DNA of 60,812 bases, counting the filler, from Hausera hauseri (lineage: Eukaryota): NCBI GenBank assembly GCA_046269625.1. It is 10 parts of 10 records of this genome, joined end to end, with 100 filler letters (N's around TTAATTAATTAA, not from the genome) between each part and the next. Parts side by side here need not be neighbours in the genome. Positions count along the whole stretch, not along the records: positions 9,734 to 15,749 come from JBJURY010152977.1; positions 15,850 to 21,022 come from JBJURY010316274.1; positions 21,123 to 28,794 come from JBJURY010001237.1; 7 more parts are not named here. The stretch is one strand, 5' to 3'. Under the pieces are notes generated by a model that made no database searches, was not told where the DNA came from, and worked only from the letters and a program-made list of their open reading frames with translations. The position numbers were made by a program, and so were the translations under genes. Below are positions 14,061-26,000 of this stretch, piece by piece. Each line of letters begins with the position of its first letter. Positions within the stretch are counted from its first letter, which is position 1.

Positions 14061-15142
14061 TGGCCCTAGTGGTTAATGTGGTGACGCAGTGGACCATGGC
14101 GTAGGATCCACTGACATTGGACAGACGGTCGGACAGTCAGTCACGCTGATGTACTCCAAACTCAACAGTTTTGTTGTGCGTACTGTGCAGGATCGCTATT
14201 TGAATTACTTTTAGGGGTCTGAACAATGTCAAATCTTGTTACACACATTTATTCTCATAAAGTGAGAAATTGCCACAAGGGCTGTTGCATTTATGTCATT
14301 TTCTCTTAAATCAAATGTGATGAGCTGTAATGTATCACCAAGGTAATCAGCAGTTGCTATACCGTTTTTGCGTGTTAATTTGCGACATGGCAGACACGGC
14401 CTCAGTAATGAACGATTAGTCAGCAAACCTGCACGACGTGAATGGTCAGAAACACTAGAAATCAGATGGTTGTCAATATTGAGGAACTGTAAACGTTTTT
14501 TATTATGTCGGCCAACGTAAGAATTGCATTATAAGGTATGGGGTCGTACCGGGTGCTGAGACTATTCAAACCAGTTTCTGTCCTTTCATATTCAGTTCCA
14601 TCATGTGGATGTATGGGCTGATCACAAATACCATCAGCAATATGGCCTAACCCGACGTTCCATTGGGGATTATGCTTTGCATTCGATAACTCTAAATTGC
14701 GAATGACATGGAGCAAAGAACCCAATTGGATTCCGGTAGATCGAAACATACGATTAAGTGTCAAATATAAGTCGTTCAAATGAAAGTATAATATTAGGGC
14801 TAAAGAAGATATTAGTGGGTTATATGAGCAAATAACTGAGGTCTCTAAGTAAATGGGCCTTAAGTGACAAACGCAACGGAGGGCTATGTTTAAAGAGGGT
14901 GATGTTATGTCAACAGCAGACAAGTTATGAACAAAAACAGGTGGGAAAAATAAGAAATAGGAATTATTAATAAAAAGCATATGAAAAAACTGTATGCCAG
15001 ATGAATAGTACACAATAATAAATCTCACCCCATCGTGTATCAGTTTCGCCGAAAAGTATATATAGGGATTGTCCATAAAGCCCACCAGATTGAATGCTGT
15101 TATTTCCGTCTGTTTCATTGTGTTAGGATTTCTGGACAGACT

Positions 15143-15672
15143 GAGTATCTCATACACGTATTCTTCAACTAAATTATTTGCTGCTGCCTTTTCCTTTTCC
15201 AATGTGATCTGCACCTTCATTTGACTCTTTCGCCGTAAATTCGTTGATACGCTGCACGCTGTACTGCAAAATGGGTGCATTCAATGGAAGATCGATATGC
15301 TTGGTAAATATGTTTGATGCATCCACCTCAACTTTCACCGGCTTCACCACAGCCTCTACTAATTGCGCCTGGAAAAATGTGAAAATACCCTTGTTGTTTA
15401 CACGCAATTTTACGTAAACTTTCGAAGGTTCTCCATGGAAACTTGGCTGGACTTCGGGTATTGGGAATGATACAATCAATTTCTTGTTAGTTGGTATGTC
15501 ATCACCTTCAGAATATTTCGCTTCCAAACAGAAATCAGCTAATCTGTTAAATGTCCGTTGTTGCTATACCGGACATGAATGCCATTTTGGATAAATTTAT
15601 ACAGTCTCCGATCCGTCTTGATCCCCATAATTCAGTGAAACCGAATAAGTGCAAACGTCCGTAACACTAAAA
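15143..15672 (-). pseudogene. HSPA4: HSP110 (HSPA4/HSPH1/Sse1-like) substrate-binding-domain fragment
   Basis: FSVTDVCTYSVSL..YPKWHSCP..TFNR..FCLEAKY..SKVYVKLRVNNKGIF..IDLP..LEKEKAAANNLVEEYVYE aligns with HSP110 motifs; contains stops and a frameshift. Confidence 0.8.
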
Positions 15673-15749
15673 TATAGTGATTTCAGTGTTACGGACGTTT
15701 GCACTTATTCAGTTTCACTGAATTATAAGGATCAAGATGGATCGGAAAC
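15604..15749. repeat. Inverted repeat, 69-bp arms, 8-nt spacer
   Basis: 15604-15672 is the reverse complement of 15681-15749 at 63/69 positions; the right arm runs into the contig end. Confidence 0.92.
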
Positions 15750-15849
15750 NNNNNNNNNNNNNNNNNNNNNNNNNNNNNNNNNNNNNNNNNNNNTTAATTA
15801 ATTAANNNNNNNNNNNNNNNNNNNNNNNNNNNNNNNNNNNNNNNNNNNN
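15750..15849. other. Artificial contig spacer
   Basis: N-run with TTAATTAATTAA core. Confidence 0.97.
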
Positions 15850-18800
15850 TCTCTTCATCTCCCTATCTCCTATCTCTCTATCTCTCTATCTCTCTATGTC
15901 CCAATCTCCCTATCTCTCGACCTCTCTATCTCGCTATCTATCTATCTGAATCCCTATCTCTCTTTCTCTCTACCTCTGTATCTATTTCCCTATCTATCTA
16001 TCTCAAACTCTATTTCTCTATCTTTCTATCTCTCTATCTCTCTATCTCTCTAACTCTATCTCTCCATCTATCTATTTCTCTATCTCACTATCTCTCTATC
16101 TACCTCTCTATCTCTCTATCTCTCTATGTATCTATCAATCAATCTATCTCTCTATCTCCCTATCTCCCTATTTATCTATCTCCCAATATGTATATCGCTC
16201 TATCTCCTTATCTCTTTATCTCTCCATCTCACTGTCTCTCTATCTCTCTATCTCCCTATCTCTCTATCTCCCTCTCNNNNNNNNNNNNNNNNNNNNNNNN
16301 NNNNNNNNNNNNNNNNNNNNNNNNNNNNNNNNNNNNNNNNNNNNNNNNNNNNNNNNNNNNNNNNNNNNNNNNNNNNNNNNNNNNNNNNNNNNNNNNNNNN
16401 NNNNNNNNNNNNTATCTCCATATATTTCTCTCTGTCTATGTCTCTATCTCACTAGCTCTCTATCTCTCTATCTCTTTGTATCTCTATATCTCTATATCTC
16501 TACCTATCTATCTGCCTCTCTGTCGCTCTATCTCTATCTATATCTACCTCTACCTATCTATCGCTCTATATCTCTATCTCCCTATCTCTCTATCTCTCTA
16601 TCTGTCTCTCTGTATCTCTATCAATCAACCTCTACCTCTCTATCTCTATATCTCTTTATCTCCCTATATCTCTATCTCTTTATCTCTATATCTGTCTATC
16701 TGTCTATCTCTCTGTCTCTCTATTTCTCTATCTCCCTATCGCTATATCTCTCTTTCCCTCTATCTCTCTATATCATTATCTATGTATCTCTGTGTCTCTC
16801 TATGTCTCTAACTCCATATATCTCCATCCCTCTATCTCTCCATCTTTCTACCTCTCTATCTCCCTATCTCTCTATCTCTCTACCTCTCTATCTACCTCTC
16901 TATCTCTATCTCTCTAATTATCTCTCTATCTCTCTATCTCCCTATATCTGTATCTCTTTGTCTCTCTATCTCTCTTTCTATCTATCTCTCTCTTTATATC
17001 TATCTCTCTATATCTCTATCTCTCTATCTCCCTATATCTCTATCTCTGTATCTCTGTATCTCTCTATGTCTCCATCTCTTTATCTCTGTATCTCTGTGTC
17101 TCTCTATATCACTATCTCCACATACCTCCATCACTGTACCTCTCCATCTTTCTACATCTCTATCTCCCTATCTCTCTATCTCTCTATGTGTCTATCTATA
17201 TATGTCCATATCTCCCTATCTCTCTATCTCTCTATGTCCATATCTCTATATCTACCTATATCTCTATCCCTCTATCTTTCTATCTCACTATCTCACTATC
17301 TGACTCCGCATCTCTCTATCTCTCTTCCTCTGTATCTATTTTTCTATCTCTCTATCTCTCTATCTATCTCTCTATCACTCTATCTCCCTATCTCTCTATC
17401 TCGCTGTCTCCCTATCTCTATATCTCTTTATCGCCCTATCTCTCTATCTATCTGTCTCTCTATCTCCATATATCTCTATCTACCTATCTATCTATCTCTC
17501 TGTACCTATCTCTCTATCTCTCTATCTCTCTATCTCCATATATTTCTATCTCTCTATTTCTCTACCTCTCTATCTCTCCATCTATCTATATATCTTTCTA
17601 TCTCCCTATCTCTCTATCTCTACATCTGTCACTCTGTGTCTCTATCAGTCAACCTCTATCTCTCGATCTCTAGATCTCTCTATCTATCTATCTCGCTATA
17701 TCTCTACCTCTATCTCTCTATCTCTATATCTGTCTATCTCTCTATCTCTCTATGTCTATCTCTCTCTCTCTCGCTCTATCTCTCTATGTCTTTATCTCTG
17801 TATCTCTGTGTTTCTCTATGTCTCTATCTCCATATATCTCTATGCCTCCATTTCTCCATCTCTCTACCTCTCTATCTCTCTATCTCTTCATTTCCCTATC
17901 TCCTATCTCTCTATCTCTCTATCTCTATCTCTCTATCTCCCTATCTCTCTATCTCCCTAATTCTGTATCTCTCTATCTCGCTATCTCGCTCTCTATCTCT
18001 CTATACCTCTATTTATCTACCTCTCTATCTCACTATGTCCCTATGTAACTCCTTATCTTTGTATCTCTCTACGTCTCTATGTACCTCTCTGTCTCTCTAT
18101 ATTTCTATCTCTCTATCTGTCTATCTGTCTATCTCGCTATCTCTCTAACTCCATATCTCTCTAGCTGTCTATCTCCATATCTATCTATCTCTCTATATCT
18201 CTATCTCACTATCTCTCTATCTCTTTATCTCTCTATTACTCTAACTCTCTATCTCTCTACCACTCTATCTCCATGTATATCTATCTCTATTTCTCTATCT
18301 ATCTAGCTCTCGATCTCTGTCTCTCTATCTCTCTATGTCCCTATTTCTCTACATACATATCTACCTCCCTATCTTTCTATCTCTCTATCTCTCTATATCT
18401 ACCTCTCTACCTAAATATCTATCTATCTCTCTATCTCTCTATCTCTCTACCTCTATATCTCCATTTATCTATCTCTCTATCTCTCTATCTCTCTATCTCT
18501 TTAACTCTCTATATATTATCTATCTCTCTATCTCCATGTATCTTTGTCTCTCTATTTCTCTACCTCTCTATTTCTCTCCCTCTATCTCTCTATGTCTCTA
18601 CCTCTCTACCTATCTATCTGCCTATTTATCTCTCTATCTATCTCTATATCTGCCTCTCTAGCTATCTATGTCTACCTCTCTATCTCTCTGTCTCCTTACC
18701 TCTCTATCTCTCCATTTATCTACCTCTGTGTCTCTGTATTTCCCTATCTGTCTATGTCTATATCTCTCTGTCTTTATATGTCTATCTCTCTACCAATCTA

Positions 18801-21022
18801 TCTCTCTATCTTTCTATCACTCTATCTCTCTATCTCCATATAGCTCTCTCTCTATCGCTCTATCTCTCTATATCTCTATCTCTCTATCTCTCTATCTCTC
18901 TATGTCTATCTCTCTATATCTCTATCTCTCTATCTCTCTATCACTATCTTTCTATCTATCTCTCTATCTCTCTATCTCTCTATGTCTATCTCTCTATATC
19001 TCTCTCTCTATCTCTCTATCACTATCTTTCTATCTATCTCTCTATCGCTCTATCTCTGTATCTCTGTATCTCTCTATCTCTCTGCCGCCATACATCTCTA
19101 TCTCTCTATCTATCTCTCTAGGTCTCTATCTCTCTATCTTTGTTTCTTTTTCTCTATCTCCCTACCTCCCTATCTCTCTATGTCTCTATCTCCCTATGTC
19201 TCTAGCTTTATATCTCTTTCTCTCTATCTCTCTATGTCTCTATCTCTCTACCTATCTATATGCTCTTTATCTCTCTATCTCTCTATATATACCTCTCTCC
19301 CTATCTATCTCCCTATACCTCTATCTCTCCATCTCTCTACCTTTCTATCTCTCTATCTCTCTATCTCCCTGTCTCGCTATCCCTCTATCTCTCTATCTCT
19401 GTATCTGTCTATCTGTCTATCTTTCTATCTCTTTATCTCTCTACGACTCTATCTACCTCTCTAACTCTATATCTCTATATCTGCCTCTCTAACTAAATGT
19501 CTCTGTACCTCCCTATATCTCTCTCTCTACTACTCCATCTCTCCATCTCTATTTCTCTCTATGCCTCTATCTCCCTATCTCACTATCTCTCTATTTCTTT
19601 ATTTCTTTACCTCTCTATCTCCCTATCTCCCTATCTCTCTATGTCTCTATCTCCCTATCTCTGTAGCTCTTTATATCTCTTTCTCTCTATCTCACTATGT
19701 CTCTATCTCTCTACCTATCTATCTGCTCTTTATCTTTCTATCTCTCTCTATATATATATACCTCTCTACCTATCTGTCTCTCTATCTCTCTATCTTTCTA
19801 TCTCTCTATATCTCTCCATCTGTCTATCTATCTATCTCTCTATCTCCCTTTTTCGCTATCTCTCTATCTTGCTATCTCTGTCTATCTCTCTATACCTCTT
19901 TCTATCTATCCATCTATCTCACTATGTCTCTATCTGAATCCCTATCTCTTTATCACTCTGCCTCTCTCTGCCTCTCTATATCTCTATAGCTCTATCTCTC
20001 TATCTCTCTATCTCTTTATCTCTCTATCTCCCTATCTCTCTATCTACCTATCTCTCTATCTCGCCATATGCCTATCTCTCTATCTCTCTATCTCCCTATC
20101 TATCTATCTCTCTATCTCGTTATCTCTCTATCACCCTATCTCTCTATATCTCTATAACTCTATCTCTCTATGTCTCTAACTCTATCTCTCTATCTCTCTA
20201 TCTCTCTATCTGGCTATCTCTATATATCTCTATCTCCCTATCTCCCTATCAATCTGTCTATCTATCTCCATATATCTCTATCTACCTATTTATCTATCTC
20301 TCTATCTCTCTATCTCTCTATCTCTCTATCTCCATATATTCCTATCTGTCTCTCTCTCTCGATCTCTCTAGCTCTCTATCTCTTTATCTCTCTATGTCTC
20401 TATGACTCTATCTCTCCATTTATCAATCTCTCTATCTCTCTATCTCACAATCTATCTATCTCTCTATCTCTGTGTCTCTCTGTATATCTATCAATCAACC
20501 TCTATCTCTCTATCTCTCTATATCTCTATCTCTCTATCTCGCTATATCTCTATCTCTTTATCTGTCTATCTCTCTTTCTATCTATCTCTCTCTCTTTATG
20601 TCTATCTCTCTATATCTCTATCTCTCTATCTCCCTATCTCTCTATCTCTGTATCTCTGTATCTCTCTATGTCTCTATCTCTTTATCTCTGTATCTCTGTT
20701 TCTCTCTATATCACTATCTCCATATATCTCCATCACTGTACATCTTTCTACATCTTTATCTCCCTATCTCTCTATCTCTCTATCTCTCTATGTGTCTATC
20801 TATCTATGTCCCTATATCCCTTTCTCTTTATCTCTCTATGTCCATATCTATATACCTATATCTCTATCTCTCTATCTTTCTATCTCACTATCTCACAATC
20901 TCTCTATCTGTCACTCTGCATCTCTATCAGTCAACCTCTATCTCTCTATCTCTAGATCTCTCTATCTACCTATCTCGCTATATCTCTACCTCTATCTCTC
21001 TATTTCTATATCTGTCTATCTC
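15850..21022. repeat. Degenerate (TCTCTA)n/(TCTA)n simple satellite
   Basis: Whole contig is pyrimidine-rich TCTCTA/TCTA variants (internal N gap 16277-16411); the S/L/Y/I-rich ORFs are artefacts. Confidence 0.97.
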
Positions 21023-21122
21023 NNNNNNNNNNNNNNNNNNNNNNNNNNNNNNNNNNNNNNNNNNNNTTAATTAATTAANNNNNNNNNNNNNNNNNNNNNN
21101 NNNNNNNNNNNNNNNNNNNNNN
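21023..21122. other. Artificial contig spacer
   Basis: N-run with TTAATTAATTAA core. Confidence 0.97.
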
Positions 21123-21890
21123 AAAGGAAGGTGGTTTTGGACAAGTAATCGGAGAGGTTATATTGACATACGAGTGTGAGACGAAAAACGTATCGATCAA
21201 CGTAGAAGAAAAGAGATGTATACAAGAACTTCCAGTGACATATCAGGACGTCCCAAGATTAGTAACACCAATTACAAGAGTGTTGCTAGCAAACGCCACT
21301 CAACCGACAATTTTGAGAGACTGTAAAACTAGCTTAGGAAAGCCGATGTTCAGACGTAGCGAAATTGACTGGGTAAGTTTACCAAACGGCGGTATTATTG
21401 CACCGCCTACCAAATTGACAGGAACAAACCTAATAAAAGGAATAACCGATGACAAATTTCAAGACAGCCGCGAAGGGTATTTATGGACCAAAAGAAGTAG
21501 AGGCGATCAGACAATTTCTCGCTTTTCCTCGTCAACACACACATGAATTAAACAGAGCAATGCATACAATATTGGAGGACTCGCGCTATCAAGCGAGATG
21601 GGAATCATTACTTGGTGTTGGCTATTACAAGAAAGTAACCACAGAAATATTAAACAAAATTTGGGGAAGATTCCTGATATTCGGACAAGCCGCGTCAGGA
21701 TTTCTAGCGATAGACTTCGTAATTCAATTAGTAAAAGCTATAATTCAAGCAATCATAAGTGAATATGAGATATATACTTTGACAGGATTCTCGTGTAAAA
21801 TTTTAACGGCTATTATTACACCCTTCGGTAAATTCTTAAAAGCTTATGAAGAAAGTAAATGGAAAACAAATGTGGAGCGACATGTGGGTT
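21123..21890 (+). pseudogene. Chuvirus-like glycoprotein (env-like), C-terminal half
   Basis: GEVILTYEC...CIQELPVTY...LVTPITRVL...C...P.F, KGIY..E.EAIRQFLAFP, KIWGRFLIFGQAASGFLAI..VIQLVKAII...Y.LTGFS matches the motif series of Chuviridae-type glycoproteins; frameshift near 21450. Confidence 0.78.
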
Positions 21891-22472
21891 ACCATAATCG
21901 AAAACGCAAAGGACACATTTGATTATAGACAGAAATTCATAGTCAATAAGACACGAAGAAATAATTCCGATAATGAAGAGACTAATGGAGGAGGCATCAT
22001 CACCAGGCCGAGTAGGCACAAAAACTACTCTGTTATGAAACTACCATTACCAATATTTCCACCAACGGCACCTATATATGAAGATAGCGAGAAACAATCT
22101 ATGAGCTCGTGCCAGATAGACATCTATCGGAAGCCGTTTAGTTTAGAGGATCCTTACGAAGGAACAAAACGCTATAGAATATTGCGCAAGATCCACGAAA
22201 CAGAGAGGACCTCGGCTCCACCTTATCGGTCAGCAGTCGACGACCACAATATAATTTACTCACCTACAATACCTAAGCCAAACGAAACGCAATTGATATT
22301 TACTCGAAGCTGTGAGGCACGAAATCTCCGAAACACAGATGTTCAGCCACCAGTTAGAAACCCAAGAGTAGAAAACGCGAATGGAGCGAATAACGAACTA
22401 TACCCAATTGGAGAGTTAAGACAGTTAGTCGAGCAGCCAGTTGGAACCACTGAAGTTACCATCAACGGTTAA
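21846..22472 (+). CDS. Pro-rich linker/cytoplasmic tail between glycoprotein and protease with late-domain-like motifs
   Basis: 208-codon open frame with PTAP (22062-22073) and ELYPIGELRQL (22395-22427); same frame as the downstream protease ORF, separated by one TAA. Confidence 0.55.
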   Translation: MKKVNGKQMWSDMWVTIIENAKDTFDYRQKFIVNKTRRNNSDNEETNGGGIITRPSRHKNYSVMKLPLPIFPPTAPIYEDSEKQSMSSCQIDIYRKPFSLEDPYEGTKRYRILRKIHETERTSAPPYRSAVDDHNIIYSPTIPKPNETQLIFTRSCEARNLRNTDVQPPVRNPRVENANGANNELYPIGELRQLVEQPVGTTEVTING

Positions 22473-22475
22473 AAA

Positions 22476-25400
22476 GTGTCTACCACACGACAGCCCAATA
22501 TAGCACCAAGCTATTACGGTACAGTAATCGAAGGCAGACCCTTCGCAAAGATTCAGTTGGAAGATTTGGAGCTTTACGCACTAATAGATACGGGATCTGA
22601 AATCTCACTGATAAAATATGATTCGATACCACAATTCTTACGGAAACAATTATATCCACCTCCTACGACAGACCCAGGAAGCATTGGAGCCTTTGGACAA
22701 TCGTAGAAAAGTAAATTTTGTTGGAAACCAGAGATTCACATAATGGGACAAATTTTTCATCACGAATTCTCAGTAATGGAGCCATTAACGGACGATGTAG
22801 TGTTAGGGTGTGACCTATTGAGACAACTACCTAATATATCAATCGATTTCAGTGCAGGCAAGTTGATAGAACTTGGTCCAATAAAGGAGTTAAAACCACT
22901 AAAGACAGAAAATTTGGAGAAGTGTGGATTCCAGTGGATGAAACCATACCATCTAGAACAGAAATCCTAATATATGCTCAGATACGTCAGGATGATAATC
23001 AGCCGATATATTTTGGACCAAAGGAATCGCTCGATCCAAACCTCGTGCTCAGCAATATTTTGACAAGAGTATCAACAGGCCGCGTGCCAATCAGAATAGA
23101 AAATAATGCGCCAACTCCAACCAAACTGTACGCCAATACTACTCTAGGCCACACGTATAGAGTGTCATCGATTACCATCGAAGAGAAGCCATATAAGGGT
23201 GCCGAATTTCCACCCCACGTTGAGACTAAATTTACACCAGAATCATATTGTCGATTCTACGAACTACTTTGTTGCTATAGCTCAATTATCGCGAGAGATA
23301 AAGAGGATATTGGCCGAGCCAAAACTTTGAGGCTCACGATTCCGCTTAAGAAAAAGCCAGGATCTAAAGACGAAATAGACTTAGAGGATCAAAAGATGCC
23401 GAAATGGTATCCTCCTCCACACTAGCTAAGGCCAGAGATAACTAAGGAAGTTGAACGAATGTTAAAGGCCGACATAATTAGACCAAACTATCGATCTTGG
23501 TATTCACCTATACTAATGGTTAAGAAGAAAGGTACCAGTAAGCACCGATTTCGTATCGATTACCGAGCGTTAAACACACTGATGGTGAAAGACTCTTCCA
23601 TTACCATCAGTAAAGGAAGCTTTAGACAGACTTTCGGTAGCGAAATGGTTTACTACGCTCGATTTGCAATCTGGATATTGGCAGGTAGAGATAGAGGAAG
23701 AAGATCGTTACAAAACGGCATTTAAGACACATTACGGTATATATGAATTTAATGCTATGCCATTTAGAATTACTACCGGACCGGGCATCTTTACCCGTAT
23801 GATGAATAAGATGCTGATGGGACTTGAACACGCATTCGCCTATTGGGACGATGTCATGATTGCCTCGAAAACGGAAGAGGATAACTTAAAGGATATCGAA
23901 GGTACGCTCATGAGATTAGAGCAGGCTGGATTAAAACTGAATCCCAAGAAATGCAAATGGGCTAAAAATGCTGTATCATACCTTGGACACATAGTTGGAG
24001 AAGGAGGATCAAAACCGGATAAATCATTATTAAGTAAGATATCGGATTGCATGGAACCTCAGAACCAAAAGGAATTAAGACATTGGTTGGGTTTGTGTGG
24101 GTATTATGCCACTTACGTGCCAGAAAACGCAAAGATAAATGCACCCTTGTATCGTTTATTAAAGAAAGGAATCAAATGGAAATGGACCGATGTTGAACAA
24201 AAGTCTTTTGATGAAATGAAGAAAATTATGATATCTCGACTTCAACCTACCATTTATAATCAAAACAGACGCCAATAAGGAAGGTATCGGATATGAACTA
24301 ACCCAAAAACAAGAAGACGAGGAATTAGAACACTCGATTGCATAAAGAGGACGTTCTTTAAAGAAAGAAGAAAAGAACTATTTGTTACGGAACTAGAAAC
24401 ATTAGCAGCAAAAGAATCACTGCGGCATTTTAATGTATATGTCTACGGACAAAAGATCATAATCGTTACGGATCATAAGGCAGTTACGACCTTGAAGGGT
24501 ACAGTGAATAATCCAACTTGTAGACTCAACAGATAGATTGAGGAGATATCGCGATATAATATCGAGTTCCAATAAAAGCCCGGAAGTAAGCATGTCGATG
24601 CTGACGCATTATCGAGACTTAAAACCAAAACAAGCGCAGTTACAGTAATGAAGAAAGCACACCTTAAAGATTTAATAGAAAGACAAAGGACTCTCACACT
24701 AAATAAGGCATAAAAGATTGCTGTTAAACAGAGAAAAGACAAGGTTATACAACAGATTATCGAGTTCGTCGAGACCAACGTAACAACCAAGGCTCATCAG
24801 TTATGGAAACACTTACGACAATATGGTCACAAATACTGCGTCGCTGGAAATTTGAACCGCGAAAATATGTTATATTACGAACGAAAAGCACGGAAATTAG
24901 TCGTCATACCGAAAGAACTACGAACGGAAGTACTCATGGCCGAACACGATTCATACTTAGCGGGACACATGTTATGGAAAAAGACATTAGAAAGGATTTT
25001 AAATAAGTAATATTGGCCGAGCATCTATATCGACGTAAGAAATTGGGTGAATGCTTGCAAAGCATGCGCAACTAAGCAAAGAAAAGTAAAAAAATTACGT
25101 CGCTGAGCTTAAACCTACTGACGTGCCCGATAGGCCAATGCAAGCAATGTCTATGGATATTGTAGGACCGTTACCTACAACATACAAAAATAACAAATAT
25201 ATTCTGACCTGTGTAGGTCGATTGACTTATTTCGTCGAGCTTATAGCGTTACTAGACCAAAAGGTTGAGACCTTGGCAGAAGCGGTAGTTCAGAAGATCA
25301 CTTGCAGATACGGGCCATCCGAACAAACATTTACACACCGAGGAAGAAACTTCACGAGTGAACTGTTCGAGAAAATTACCAAAATTTTTGAGATCGAACG

Positions 25401-26000
25401 ATTAACTACCACAGCTTACCTTCCCCAATGTAAAGGAATGGTCGAGTGAATGAACGCGACCGTTATACAGATCTTATCAACAGTAGTCACGAAGGACCAG
25501 AAAGATTGGGATAAGTTCTTAGAAGACACACAGTTCGCCATTAATACTACTCCACATCCTGCGACAGGATTCACTCCATTTTTTATGATGTACGGTTGAG
25601 AAGCTGTACTGCCTACCGACTTAGGACTGATTTCATATAAAACAAGAACAGAAGACTTAGAGTAAAATTTTGTCGAGGTATTACAATCAAGATTACACAA
25701 GTGTTGGGAAATAATCAAAGACGTATCTAAAGACTACCAGGAACAATTTAAGAAGCAGTATGATAAGAATGCTAAACCGCACGATTTAGAACCCGGAAAC
25801 TGGGTTTACGTACACTACCCAGTGGCGGAAAAAGGCACATTTCTTAAACTTACTAGAACCGGTAGGGACCTTATGACGTTACTAAGGTTACGCCGACCAC
25901 AGTTTATATAAATAAAAACGGCAAAGAAGAGGTTGTATCGATTCAGAGAGTAGTAAAGACGGAAATAAGGCCGGATAAACGCTATCATTTGCGTTCAAAT
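22476..26000 (+). pseudogene. pol: Gypsy pol pseudogene (PR, RT, RNase H, integrase)
   Basis: ALIDTGSEISL and VLGCDLL (PR); SPILMVKKK, DYRALN, SGYWQV, KTAF, YWDD (RT); TDHKA (RH); MDIVGPLP, TTAYLPQCKG, GPY (IN); ends RYHLRS; many stops/frameshifts. Confidence 0.93.

Noticed and set aside
14462-15280. 272-aa ORF as a real gene
   Set aside because: Chimera of the HSP110 tail with unrelated sequence; no coherent domain.
16126-21074. Long S/L/Y/I-rich ORFs (up to 448 aa)
   Set aside because: Translations of the TCTCTA satellite, which is depleted of stop codons on that strand.
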